Origin: an uncultured Thermoleophilaceae bacterium
Lineage (GTDB): Bacteria > Actinomycetota > Thermoleophilia > Solirubrobacterales > Thermoleophilaceae
DNA length: 64,000 nucleotides
Assembly: GCA_963734365.1 (NCBI GenBank)
Contig: CAVTGV010000003.1
Coordinates: forward strand, 84,794 to 148,793
Reading direction: 5' to 3'
The translations under genes were made by a program, and so were the position numbers. Shown piece after piece: positions 1 to 9,139 of the stretch; the stretch's first letter is position 1, and each line of letters starts with the position of its first letter. A model generated the notes under the pieces. It was not told where the DNA came from, made no database searches, and worked only from the letters and a program-made list of their open reading frames with translations.

Positions 1-2
1 GC

Positions 3-203
<201 letters not shown>

Positions 204-207
204 ACGG

Positions 208-1443
208 TCACTTGATCGCCGCGATCGCCTGGACCATCGCATCCTGGATGCTCCGGGCGCCGCCCGGATAGACGTTGTTCATCAGGATCGAGAACGCCAC
301 CTGCTCGCTCGAGCGCAGCTCGCAGTAACCCGACAGCGCGCTCACGTTCGAGAGCGTGCCGGTCTTGCCCACGCAGTGCGATCGGGCGGGCCCGCGGCGC
401 ATCCGCGTGGCCAGCGTGCCGTCGCGTCCCGCGATCGACAGCGAGTCCCGGTACTCGCCCCCGAGCTCCTCCGTGTCCTGCTCGCTCATCGCGGTCAGGA
501 GGTTGACCACCTGGCGCGGCGAGGCCCGGTCCCCGCGCGAGAGTCCGGAGCCGTCGACCATCCGCACGCGCGAGCCCAGGCGCCGGGCGTAGCCGGAAGC
601 GAGCCGCGCTCCGCCGCGGGTGGTGCCCCGGCCGTTGGCCTGGAGGGCAAGGTCCTTGAGCAGCATCTCCGCGAAGAAGTTGTCCGAGGGCTTGTTGGTC
701 AGCTCGATCAGGCGCTCCATGGGCGGCGAGTCGACGCTGGCCAGGACCTCGCTCTCGACGGGGGCCACCCTCGAGCGGGGCCGCAGGCGGACCTTTACGC
801 CGCGCCGCTCGAGCGCGGCGTCCAGCTGGAGCGCCGCGAACGCCGGCGGGTTGGCCTGGAACGAGCTGCCGCGCTCGTTGCCGAGGCCGCGGTTGAAGGA
901 GAGGGCACTGAGCGGGCCGACCCAGATCGACGTGCCGTAGCCCGAGTCGGGACCACCGCGCAGTGAGTCGAAGCGCGACTCGTCGCCGTACACGCGCCCG
1001 CTCACGCGCTCGATCCCCGTGTCCTCGAGCAGCGCGGCCAGCCGCTCCACGCTGGCCCCGCCCCCGTAGCTGCGGCCCACGAAGCTCTTGGTGCCGAAGG
1101 TGGGGTCCCCGCCGCCGCGCAGGTACAGGCTGCCGCGCCAGACCCCGTCCGCGTCGAGCGCCCCGGCGCCCAGCACCTCGGTGCCCAGCGTGCCCTCGCT
1201 GCCGTAGCGGGCCAGGGCGGCCGCGGTGGTGAACAGCTTCGTGTTGGAGGCGAGGATGCGCGCTCGGTTCTGCCTGTAGTGGAACAGGGTCTCGCCCGTG
1301 GTCAGGTTGACCACGTGGGCGCCGGAGCTGGCCCCGGCCCCCCGCATGTAGCGGGTGAGACGCTTGACGAGGGCGTCGTCGGCCGCCGCCGTGGCGGGCG
1401 CGAGGAGCATCAGCAGCAGGCTGAGAAAGGCGATCCGGCGCAT
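208..1443 (-). CDS. D-alanyl-D-alanine carboxypeptidase/endopeptidase, PBP4 (peptidase S13) family
   Basis: 411 aa. Signal peptide MRRIAFLSLLLMLLAPATAAA, SxxK motif (ASNTK), KTG box (GKTGTL). Confidence 0.85.
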   Translation of the reverse strand: MRRIAFLSLLLMLLAPATAAADDALVKRLTRYMRGAGASSGAHVVNLTTGETLFHYRQNRARILASNTKLFTTAAALARYGSEGTLGTEVLGAGALDADGVWRGSLYLRGGGDPTFGTKSFVGRSYGGGASVERLAALLEDTGIERVSGRVYGDESRFDSLRGGPDSGYGTSIWVGPLSALSFNRGLGNERGSSFQANPPAFAALQLDAALERRGVKVRLRPRSRVAPVESEVLASVDSPPMERLIELTNKPSDNFFAEMLLKDLALQANGRGTTRGGARLASGYARRLGSRVRMVDGSGLSRGDRASPRQVVNLLTAMSEQDTEELGGEYRDSLSIAGRDGTLATRMRRGPARSHCVGKTGTLSNVSALSGYCELRSSEQVAFSILMNNVYPGGARSIQDAMVQAIAAIK

Positions 1444-1512
1444 GGAGCCCGGAACACGCTAGCGGGGCGTCCGGAGCGGTCCGTCAGCGGCTCGGCCATA
1501 CTTGCCGGACCT

Positions 1513-2781
1513 ATGGGCGAAGTCGTAAAGCTCCAGAAACCCGCCGCCAAGGCCAAGCCGAAGCGGGCGAAGGCGCGCACGCGCCGGCCCCGGCGCTCGC
1601 GCACCGCGCTCGTGCTCGGGGGCGGCGGATTCACCGGCGGCGTCTACGAGATCGGCGCCCTGCGCGCCCTCGACCTGCTGGCCGTCAACCGGACGGTCAA
1701 CCAGTTCGACGTCTACGTGGGCACCAGCGCGGGCTCGTTCGTGGCCTCCCTGGCCGCCAACGGGGTGACCCCCGAGGAGATGATGCGGGTGGTCAACCAG
1801 CAGGTGCCCACTCCCTTCCGCGATGTGGACCGCGGCACCCTGATGCGTCCCAACGCCCTCGAGTTCGCCCAGAGCGCGGCGCTGCTGCCGCTGCGGATGC
1901 TCGGCCTGGCCCGCAACTTCGTGAGCCAGTTGAGCAGCACGTCGCTGATCGATCTGGCCGTGGGGGTGGCCGAGTCGATGCCCTCGGGCCTGTACGACGG
2001 CAGCGGCATACAGGAGTACCTCGAGGCGGTCCTCTCCGATCCGGACCGCGTGAACGACTTCCGCCTGCTCGACAACGAGCTGTTCCTGCCGGCCACCGAT
2101 CTCGACACCTGCGAGCGGATCATCCTGGGCGGCGCCGAGTGGGACGACGTCCCGATCGCCCGCGCCGTGGCCGCGTCCACGGCGCTGCCGATGGTCTACA
2201 AGCCGGTGGAGATCAAGGGTCGCCACCTGGTGGACGGCGGGCTGCGCTCCACCACGAACGTCGACGTGGCGGTGGAGGCGGGGGCGAAGTTCGTGATCGT
2301 GGTCAACCCGCTCGTGCCCTACGTGAACGACTTCCAGAAGGTGATTCCCACCATGCTCGGCAGCCGGGTGCGCCGGGTGCGCGACATGGGCTTCCCCCAG
2401 ATCGGCTACCAGGCCTTCAAGCTGATCGCGCATCAGCGCCTGCACGAAGCGGTGGCGCGCTGGAAGGAGCGCTACCCGGGCGTGGACATCATCCTGATCG
2501 AGCCCGACCCCAACGACGAGCTGATGTTCGAGACCAACATCCTCAACTTCACCCGCCGCGTGGAGATCGCCCGCCACGGCTTCGAGTCGGTCACGCTGAG
2601 GCTGGCGTCGGACTACGACGACATCAAGGCGGTGTGCGCCAAGCACGGGATCGAGATCTCGGCCACGCGTGTGCGCAAGGTGGTGCGCAAGTTCTCCAAG
2701 GAGCGCGAGCGCTCGGCCGGCTGGCGGCGGATCCTCGAGCAGACCACCGGCGCGCTGCTGCGCCAGACCGACCAGGCCTGA
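1513..2781 (+). CDS. Patatin-like phospholipase
   Basis: GGGGFTG oxyanion motif, GTSAGS (GxSxG) nucleophile, DGG catalytic Asp motif. ATG 1513 (MGEVVKL) was chosen because the upstream part of the tracked ORF overlaps the PBP4 gene and reads as non-coding. Confidence 0.85.
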   Translation: MGEVVKLQKPAAKAKPKRAKARTRRPRRSRTALVLGGGGFTGGVYEIGALRALDLLAVNRTVNQFDVYVGTSAGSFVASLAANGVTPEEMMRVVNQQVPTPFRDVDRGTLMRPNALEFAQSAALLPLRMLGLARNFVSQLSSTSLIDLAVGVAESMPSGLYDGSGIQEYLEAVLSDPDRVNDFRLLDNELFLPATDLDTCERIILGGAEWDDVPIARAVAASTALPMVYKPVEIKGRHLVDGGLRSTTNVDVAVEAGAKFVIVVNPLVPYVNDFQKVIPTMLGSRVRRVRDMGFPQIGYQAFKLIAHQRLHEAVARWKERYPGVDIILIEPDPNDELMFETNILNFTRRVEIARHGFESVTLRLASDYDDIKAVCAKHGIEISATRVRKVVRKFSKERERSAGWRRILEQTTGALLRQTDQA

Positions 2782-2785
2782 CCGG

Positions 2786-3874
2786 CTAGCCCAGGGCCGT
2801 CTCGAGCGCGCGCAGCAGGCGATCGGTGGCGACGGCGTCACGGACCGTGGCCCGCACGTGGTCGTCCGCGCCCAGCGGCCCGCCCGGGGCGACGATCACG
2901 CCCTGGTCACGGAGCCTGCGCGCCAGCAGGGAGCCGCTCAGCCCCGGCGCAGCCAGCCAGATGAAGTTGGCCTGGGACGGCGTGGCGTCGATCGCCAGTT
3001 CACGCAGGCCGTCGAGCAGGCGCGCCCGCTCGCGCGCGACCGCATCCCGGCGGCGCTCGATCTCGGCGTCGCCGGTCCGGAGCGCGTGCTCCACGGCCGC
3101 CTGCGTCAGGGCGTTGACCCCGAGCACGGGGGCGATGGCGGCGAGCAGCTTGGCGTCCGAGGAGACCGCGTAGCCGGCACGTAGTCCCGAGAGGCCGTAG
3201 ACCTTCGAGAAGGTCCGCACCACCAATAGCCGGGGGAAGGCGTCCACCAGGCGCAGGCAGGCGTCCACCGGCTCGGCCTCCTGGAAGTGAACGAGCGCCT
3301 CGTCGAGCAGGACGTGAACGCTGTCGGGGAGGGCCGCCATCAGCTCCCCCAGCGCCTCGGCGGTCATGTGCTCACCCGTGGGGTCGTTGGGGTTGCAGAT
3401 CACGAGCGCGCGCGTGGCCGGCGTCACCGCGTCGAGCAGCGCCGCGCGGTCCACCGCCACGGGCGTGGCGTAGGCGTGCGCCGCCATCAGCGGATAGAGA
3501 GGATAGGAGGGCCAGGGCATCAGCAGCTCATCGCCTCGGCCGAGCAGGGCCATCGCCGCCGACTGCAGCAGCTCGGCGGCGCCGTTGCCGACAGCGATCC
3601 GCTCAGGCGCCACGCCGTGCCGCTCGGCCAGCAGCCGGCGCGCGGCGGAGGCGTGGCGGTCCGGATAGCCGTTCACGCGGCCGCGGGCTCTCGCGATGGC
3701 CGCGTTCACGATCTCGGAGTGCGGCAGGTCGGGCCACTCGGTGCCCGACAGGTCGAGGTCGGGCACCCGCTCGAGGGCGAGGCGGCGCTCGCGGTGGCGC
3801 CGCTCGCGCGCCGCGCGGTTGAGCTCGTCGGGATCGAGGTCGTCGAACTGGCGGTAGTAGTCGCGAAAGCCCAC
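2786..3874 (-). CDS. Class I/II PLP-dependent aminotransferase (HisC-like)
   Basis: This is the 3' third of the 963-aa tracked ORF. Motifs NPNDPTG and TFSKVYGLSGLRAGY (PLP lysine). GTG 3874 with GAGGG upstream. The rest of the tracked ORF is Arg/Pro-rich nonsense. Confidence 0.8.
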   Translation of the reverse strand: MGFRDYYRQFDDLDPDELNRAARERRHRERRLALERVPDLDLSGTEWPDLPHSEIVNAAIARARGRVNGYPDRHASAARRLLAERHGVAPERIAVGNGAAELLQSAAMALLGRGDELLMPWPSYPLYPLMAAHAYATPVAVDRAALLDAVTPATRALVICNPNDPTGEHMTAEALGELMAALPDSVHVLLDEALVHFQEAEPVDACLRLVDAFPRLLVVRTFSKVYGLSGLRAGYAVSSDAKLLAAIAPVLGVNALTQAAVEHALRTGDAEIERRRDAVARERARLLDGLRELAIDATPSQANFIWLAAPGLSGSLLARRLRDQGVIVAPGGPLGADDHVRATVRDAVATDRLLRALETALG

Positions 3875-3882
3875 GAGGGCCC

Positions 3883-4293
3883 TCAGTCGCTCGGCGCGAG
3901 GCTCGGACCCGGGCCCTGGATGATCAGGAACCAGACCGCGAACACCACCAGGGCCACGCCCACGCAGACCGCGAAGATGCGCTCGAGCGCGCCGCGTTCC
4001 TGGCGATAGCCGGCGGCGCGCCGCACGAGCTTCCAGGCGTGGTCGACGCGCTTGCCCGCAGCCATGGTGAGCATCAGCGACGCCAGGCAGCCCAGCAGGA
4101 TCGTGGCGATCCCCGCCGTCACGTAGCCGGTCAGATAGTCGACCTGTGAGCCGATCCACAGCCAGGCGAGCGGCTGGGGGCCGAACAGCGACAGGCACAG
4201 CAGGACCTCGACCGCCAGGAGGCCCACCGCGAGCACGTCGTCGAAGCGCCGCCGCCGCTCCGAAGAGGGAGCCGCGTCGTCGCTCCAGCGCAC
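3883..4293 (-). CDS. Small integral membrane protein, unknown function
   Basis: 136 aa with 3-4 hydrophobic helices (LAVGLLAVEVLLCLSLF, TAGIATILLGCLASLMLTMAA, VGVALVVFAVWFLII). High third-position GC (GC3). Confidence 0.5.
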   Translation of the reverse strand: MRWSDDAAPSSERRRRFDDVLAVGLLAVEVLLCLSLFGPQPLAWLWIGSQVDYLTGYVTAGIATILLGCLASLMLTMAAGKRVDHAWKLVRRAAGYRQERGALERIFAVCVGVALVVFAVWFLIIQGPGPSLAPSD

Positions 4294-4386
4294 CGGCGCT
4301 GTGCCCGGCCGGCGCCCGACGAAGAGGCCGCCCGTATCGGTGGGATCGTTGCTGGCCAGTGTCCTCAGGGTAGTGGGAGCCCGGCG

Positions 4387-6204
4387 TCAGCGGGCGCGGG
4401 CGTAGACGTCCTCGATCACGCCCTCGAACTTCTCGTGCACCACGTTGCGCTTGACCTTGAGCGTCGGGGTGAGCTCGCCGGTCTCCTGTGACAGGTCGTG
4501 GTCGAGGATCTCGAACCGCTTGACCTGCTCCACCGGACCCACGTGCGAGTTCACGTCGTCGAGCACCTTCTGAACCTCGGCCTGGACTCGCTCGTCGGCG
4601 CGCAGCGCCTCGATCGAGTCGTCCTCGAGCCCCAGCGACTGCGCCAGCGCCGGCAACTCCTCGGGATCGAGCGTGACCAGCGCGATCAGGTACGGGCGGC
4701 GGTCGCCCACCACCACCGCCTGGGAGATCCAGCGGTTCTGCTTGAGTCCGTTCTCGAGGTTGGCCGGCGTGATGTTCTTGCCGCCGGCGGTGATGATGAT
4801 GTCCTTCTTGCGGCCCGTGATGTAGAGGAATCCGTCCTCGTCGAGCCGGCCCAGGTCGCCCGTGTGCAGCCAGCCGTCCTCGAGTGTCTCGGCGGTGGCG
4901 CCCTCGTTCTTGTAGTAGCCCTGGAAGATGTTCGGTCCCTTGACCAGCACCTCGCCGTCGCCGGCGATCTTCACCTCCACGCCGAACATGGGCTTGCCCA
5001 CGGAGCCGAAGCGGAACTGGTTGCCGTCGGGCCGGTTGACCGTGGCGCTCGTCGCCGTTTCGGTCATTCCGTAGCCCTCCATCACCGGCACGCCGCAGGC
5101 GTAGAAGAACTCGAGGATCTCGGGCGCGATCGGGGCGGCGCCGGTCACGCACTCGCGGATGTTCTGGCCGAACAGGCCGCGGACGTTCTTGAACAGCTTC
5201 TCCTCGGCCTGGTCGAAGCCCGCCTCGAGCTCCGCGGGCACCTCCTGGCCGGCCTCGCGCATCATGCGCACCTTCACGCCCACCTGCACCGCCTGGCGCA
5301 GCTGCTCCGGGTCCTCCACCGAGCTCGTGGCCAGCGTGTAGATCTTCTCGAACATGCGCGGCACCGAGGGGAAGTAGCTCGGGTTCAGCTGCGCGATGTC
5401 GGCGATGATCATCTTGGGGTCGCGGGACCAGTAGGCCAGCGTCACGCCCAGCTCGAACGACGCGAACTGGATCAGGATCGCGAACGCGTGGGCGAGGGGC
5501 AGGAAGAGGTAGGACGAGTCGCCCTCCTCGAGCACGCTCTGGGCCACCACGGCGTCGGTGATGGCCCGGTAGTTGCGGTGCGAGAGGAGGCAGCCCTTGG
5601 GAGGCCCGGTGGTGCCGGAGGTGTAGATGTAGAGACAGATGTCCTCGGGGGTGACGGCCTCGTAGCGCGCCCGCCACTCGGACTCGTCACGCGCGGCGCC
5701 GCGCTCGCGCAGGGCTTCGAGCGAGATCGCGTCGTCGCCCAGGTCCACGCCGGACGGGTCGATCACGATGATGTGGCGCAGCTCCGGGCACTGCTCGCGG
5801 ACCTCGCGTACCTTGGCCAGCTGCTCCGCGTCCTCCACGAACACCGCCCGCGAATCGGAGTGGTGGAGCACGTACTGGCATTCCTCGGGCGAGTTGGTCT
5901 GGTAGATCGTGACCAGCGTGGCGCCGGCGGAGAGGATGCCGAAGCAGGCGTCGGTCCACTCCGGACGGGTATGGGCGAGGATCGAGACCTTCTCGCCCCG
6001 CTCGACTCCGAGGTCTGCCAGTCCCAGCGCCACCTCGCGCACCGCCTTGCCGAGCTCGGCGTAGGAGATGTCGACCCACTCTTCACCGACCTTGTGCCGC
6101 TGGGCCGGCCGGTCGGCGTACTTCTTCACCGCCAGCGGCAGCAGGTCGGCGATGGTCTTCGAGCCCGTGCCCTCCGCGGCGACCCGGGCGGTCACTGCTT
6201 CCAT
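4387..6204 (-). CDS. Long-chain fatty-acid--CoA ligase (AMP-dependent synthetase)
   Basis: 605 aa. AMP-binding motif YIYTSGTTGPPKG, plus TGDLG and GGKNI motifs. Strong RBS GGAGAAGGGGAAGAGGA before the ATG. Confidence 0.9.
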   Translation of the reverse strand: MEAVTARVAAEGTGSKTIADLLPLAVKKYADRPAQRHKVGEEWVDISYAELGKAVREVALGLADLGVERGEKVSILAHTRPEWTDACFGILSAGATLVTIYQTNSPEECQYVLHHSDSRAVFVEDAEQLAKVREVREQCPELRHIIVIDPSGVDLGDDAISLEALRERGAARDESEWRARYEAVTPEDICLYIYTSGTTGPPKGCLLSHRNYRAITDAVVAQSVLEEGDSSYLFLPLAHAFAILIQFASFELGVTLAYWSRDPKMIIADIAQLNPSYFPSVPRMFEKIYTLATSSVEDPEQLRQAVQVGVKVRMMREAGQEVPAELEAGFDQAEEKLFKNVRGLFGQNIRECVTGAAPIAPEILEFFYACGVPVMEGYGMTETATSATVNRPDGNQFRFGSVGKPMFGVEVKIAGDGEVLVKGPNIFQGYYKNEGATAETLEDGWLHTGDLGRLDEDGFLYITGRKKDIIITAGGKNITPANLENGLKQNRWISQAVVVGDRRPYLIALVTLDPEELPALAQSLGLEDDSIEALRADERVQAEVQKVLDDVNSHVGPVEQVKRFEILDHDLSQETGELTPTLKVKRNVVHEKFEGVIEDVYARAR

Positions 6205-6311
6205 TCCTCTTCCCCTTCTCCGAAGCGACGTTGGCCACGGAGCCAGGCCGCGGCCCGGCCGATTCTATGGGGAGAAGAGGGGCGGGGCCACTCGTAGGCC
6301 CGCCTGGATGT

Positions 6312-6488
6312 CTAGGCCTTGGCCGGTTCCTTGTGCCGCTTCGCCTGCTTGAGGCTGTTGCTGAAGAGGGTCTTGTCGATCCGACCCTGGAAGATCGGGA
6401 CGCCCAGTTCCATGCACTTCGAGATGACCTCGCGACGGTGCATTCCCGCCTCTCGGCCTAGCTCGGTGGGCGTCAAGTGGATCGCCAT
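6312..6488 (-). CDS. Small HTH / IF2_N-like domain protein
   Basis: MAIHLTPTELGREAGMHRREVISKCMELGVPIFQGRIDK... RBS GAGGAGGAAG lies upstream of the internal ATG at 6488, so the tracked start at 6560 is unlikely. Confidence 0.55.
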   Translation of the reverse strand: MAIHLTPTELGREAGMHRREVISKCMELGVPIFQGRIDKTLFSNSLKQAKRHKEPAKA

Positions 6489-6593
6489 GTACTGCTTCCT
6501 CCTCGTCGCTGTCTGCGGTACCACTGAGAGTATCGGTTGGGCCAGTCGGCGCAACCACAATTCCTGCCGGTTTGTAGGACCTCCGGCCAGGCC

Positions 6594-7352
6594 TCAGATC
6601 GGGTTCGGCACGTCGACGAAACGGTGCGAGATTCCGAAGCGCTTGGCCACCAGCTCGCCCAGTCGACGCACGCCGAAGGTCTCGGTTGCGTAGTGGCCCG
6701 CGGCGATGAAATGGACGTTGTTCTCGAGGGCGTCGGCCATCACGTGCTCGGCGGGCTCGCCGGTGAGGAAGGCGTCCAGACCCGACGTGATCGCATCGGC
6801 GAGCGTCGACGCCGCCCCGCCCGACAGTACGCCCACGCTGTGGACGATCTCCGGTCCACCGTCCCAGATGAACGGCGGTCGCCCGAAGACGCGCTCGCAG
6901 CGCTCGCGCAACTCGGCAAAGGCGAGCCCCTCCGGCGAGCGGCCGACAAAGCCGATCTTGCGACCCTGGTGCTCCCCGAAGGATTCCCCCCTCTCCAGGC
7001 CGAGGGCGTCGCAGATCAGGGCGTTGTTGCCCACCTCGGGATGAGCGTCGAGCGGCAGGTGGTATCCGGCGAGGGAGATGTCGCTCTCGAACAGGATCTC
7101 CAGGCGACGGCGCATGGCCGGCGAGATCGTGCGGGGTTGGAAGTCCCAGAACAGACCGTGGTGGGTGATCACGAGCTGCGCGCCCGCCTCGGCGGCCCGT
7201 GAGAACAGCTCGCGCTGGGCGGACACGCCCGTCACCACCAGCTCGACCTCGGCTGCCCCCGGTACCTGCAGGCCGTTCGGGCCGTAGTCGTCGAAGCCGT
7301 CCACGTCGAGAAATTCGTCGAGAAACTCGATGATCCGATCGCGCTCCGCCAC
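6594..7352 (-). CDS. Nif3-like dinuclear metal centre protein (GTP cyclohydrolase 1 type 2 homologue)
   Basis: VITHHGLFW and AAGHYATE motifs. GTG 7352 (VAERDRIIEFLDEFL) was chosen; the upstream tracked residues look non-coding. Confidence 0.8.
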   Translation of the reverse strand: MAERDRIIEFLDEFLDVDGFDDYGPNGLQVPGAAEVELVVTGVSAQRELFSRAAEAGAQLVITHHGLFWDFQPRTISPAMRRRLEILFESDISLAGYHLPLDAHPEVGNNALICDALGLERGESFGEHQGRKIGFVGRSPEGLAFAELRERCERVFGRPPFIWDGGPEIVHSVGVLSGGAASTLADAITSGLDAFLTGEPAEHVMADALENNVHFIAAGHYATETFGVRRLGELVAKRFGISHRFVDVPNPI

Positions 7353-7371
7353 CGAAGGAACCCTATTACGG

Positions 7372-7399
7372 CCCGTTTTTGGGCCGGACGAAAAACGGG
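7372..7399. promoter_or_regulatory. AT-rich inverted repeat CCCGTTTTT-N10-AAAAACGGG in the nif3/sigma divergent intergenic region
   Basis: Perfect 9-bp arms read directly from the sequence. An alternative hairpin CGGCCC-GTTTTT-GGGCCG is nested inside. Function unknown (operator or hairpin). Confidence 0.3.
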
Positions 7400-7412
7400 G
7401 TAGGCAGATTTC

Positions 7413-7436
7413 GAACTGAAGCTTTGGGGGTACGTT
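7413..7436 (+). promoter_or_regulatory. Candidate ECF-type promoter GAAC-N16-CGTT upstream of the sigma factor gene
   Basis: GAAC at 7413-7416, a 16-nt spacer, CGTT at 7433-7436, about 35 nt before ATG 7471. It matches the generic ECF -35/-10 pattern (AAC...CGT) by recall. Confidence 0.35.
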
Positions 7437-7470
7437 GCCGATCACGAGGATCAGGCAGGGGAATTCAGGG

Positions 7471-8844
7471 ATGACCATCACCCGCTGTGAAGTTGCCGAC
7501 CGCGACCTGGTCGCCGCCGTGCGCGGTGGAGACGAGGCTGCCTTCGACGAGCTCTACACCCGCTACCGGCCCCAGATCGCCGCGCACCTGCGCGGAATGC
7601 TGCGCGACGACGGCCGGGCGGAGGACGTGACCCAGGAGGCCTTCCTGTCCGCGCTGCGGCGTATGCGCGAGACCGACGGAGAGCTCGACTTCCGGCCCTG
7701 GATCTACCAGATCGCCCACAACGCGGCGATCGACTCCCACCGGCGCTCCACGCGTGCCGAGGAGATCTCGATGGACGCCGAGACGGGCCTGCGAAAGTCC
7801 GACCGCGCGCGGCTCGTGGGGGGAACGCTCCCGGAGTCGGCGCTGATCGCCAAGGAGCGTCTCGATCACCTGCGCGGCGCCTTCGACGAGCTGCCCGAAG
7901 TGCAGGCGCGCGTGCTCGTGATGCGCGACGTGGACGGACTCTCCTATCGCGAGATCGGAGAGCGTCTCCACATGGGCCGTCCGGCCGTGGAGCGAACGCT
8001 GCTGGGCGCCCGCACCCGCCTCGAGAGCGAGTACGAGCAGCTCTCCGAGGGCCGGCGCTGCGCGCTCGCGCGCGGTGCCATCGTGCGCCTCGCCGAGGGC
8101 GAGGGGGCGCGCGGCGACGAGTACCGGCTCGCGCGCCACGCGCGGCGCTGCAGCCTCTGCCGGCGCCTGGCCCGCGAGATGGGTGTCGAGCCGCTCCAGC
8201 CCACCACCCTGCGCCAGAAGCTCGCCGGTCTGCTGCCATTGCCCTGGACCCTTTCCACCGGTGGAGGCGGCGCGGGCGCGCTCGGCGGGCTGGCCTCCGA
8301 GCGCGTGGCGGCACTGGTGGCCGCGGTGGCCATCGCCGGCGCGGGCGGAGCGGCGCTCGAGGTGACCCGCGACAACGGACCCCCGGCCGATCGTCAGACC
8401 GGCAAGAGCGCGGCCGCGCTCACCGGCGCTCCGGTCGAGAGAGGCGCGGGCCAGCCCGGCCCGACCGCTTCTCGCAACGTGTCCCGCTCCCGCAGGCCGG
8501 GTCAGCCGGCGCGCCGTAGGGCCGAGCGCCGTCGCCGCTCCGGCGGCACCCAGGCGGGCCCCGCAACGGGAGCGCCCCAGCTGCAGGACGCGGGCGCCGC
8601 GCAATCCCCGCCGCCCGCCGGCCCCTCCCAGCCGGCCCCGGCCGGCTCGCTGCCGACCCAGGCCGCCCCCGCGCCGAAGGTGCAGGTGCCCGCCGTGAAG
8701 GCGCCGCAGCTGCCCGTCCCGCAGGTCGGGACCCCGGCCCCGGGTGAGACGCTGCCGCCCGTGACGGTGCCGCAGCCGGCACCCCCCGTCGTGAACGACA
8801 CGGTTGAGGGAGTCCGGGACACGGTCAACGGCCTGGTTCCCTGA
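7471..8844 (+). CDS. ECF sigma-70 family factor fused to a ZAS anti-sigma domain, a TM helix and a Pro-rich tail
   Basis: Sigma regions 2 and 4 (DVTQEAFLSAL, YREIGERLHMGRPAVERTL). HxxxCxxC motif (HARRCSLC). TM helix VAALVAAVAIAGAGGAAL. P/A/Q-rich C-terminus. The start could also be 7435. Confidence 0.8.
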   Translation: MTITRCEVADRDLVAAVRGGDEAAFDELYTRYRPQIAAHLRGMLRDDGRAEDVTQEAFLSALRRMRETDGELDFRPWIYQIAHNAAIDSHRRSTRAEEISMDAETGLRKSDRARLVGGTLPESALIAKERLDHLRGAFDELPEVQARVLVMRDVDGLSYREIGERLHMGRPAVERTLLGARTRLESEYEQLSEGRRCALARGAIVRLAEGEGARGDEYRLARHARRCSLCRRLAREMGVEPLQPTTLRQKLAGLLPLPWTLSTGGGGAGALGGLASERVAALVAAVAIAGAGGAALEVTRDNGPPADRQTGKSAAALTGAPVERGAGQPGPTASRNVSRSRRPGQPARRRAERRRRSGGTQAGPATGAPQLQDAGAAQSPPPAGPSQPAPAGSLPTQAAPAPKVQVPAVKAPQLPVPQVGTPAPGETLPPVTVPQPAPPVVNDTVEGVRDTVNGLVP

Positions 8845-8883
8845 GCCAGACGGCGCGCCGGGCGCAGGTAACCTGCCCCTGCG

Positions 8884-9138
8884 ATGGCCGCCGACCGCAG
8901 CCGGACCGAGGGCGACGAGTTCCTCGAGACCCTCATGGACACGAGCCTCTACTCGATGGGGGCTTTCTTCTCCGATCAGCACCCGGACCTCGTCGACGAG
9001 GTGATCACGCAGAGCGAGGCGATCGAGGAGGCCGGGCTCGCCAACTACGCCGAGGCCCATGAGATGACGCTCGAGGCCTGCTTCGAGACGCTCCTGACCG
9101 GCCTGGCGGTGCGCTACTACAACGCCGTCGCGGCCTGA
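8884..9138 (+). CDS. Small acidic hypothetical protein
   Basis: 84 aa with high GC3. Its stop lies 1 nt before the ATG of the next gene, suggesting translational coupling. Confidence 0.5.
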   Translation: MAADRSRTEGDEFLETLMDTSLYSMGAFFSDQHPDLVDEVITQSEAIEEAGLANYAEAHEMTLEACFETLLTGLAVRYYNAVAA

Positions 9139-9139
9139 G

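Noticed and set aside
1459-2841. 460-aa minus-strand ORF opposite the patatin gene
   Set aside because: It is an antisense shadow ORF in high-GC DNA, with an Arg/Gly/His-rich composition and no recognisable motifs. The plus strand carries clear patatin motifs.
3875-5677. N-terminal two thirds of the 963-aa ORF 2786..5677
   Set aside because: It is Arg/Gly/Pro-rich nonsense that overlaps the well-supported membrane-protein and acyl-CoA synthetase genes in other frames. Only 2786..3874 is aminotransferase-like.
6206-6282. Purine/pyrimidine-rich imperfect inverted repeat (CCTCTTCCCCTTCTCC ... GGGGAGAAGAGGGG) around the acyl-CoA synthetase RBS
   Set aside because: The arms are only partly complementary. 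One arm is simply the complement of the SD region. The evidence is insufficient for a regulatory structure.
4498-6297. 599-aa plus-strand ORF opposite the acyl-CoA synthetase
   Set aside because: Antisense shadow ORF with no motifs; the minus strand has the AMP-binding signature.
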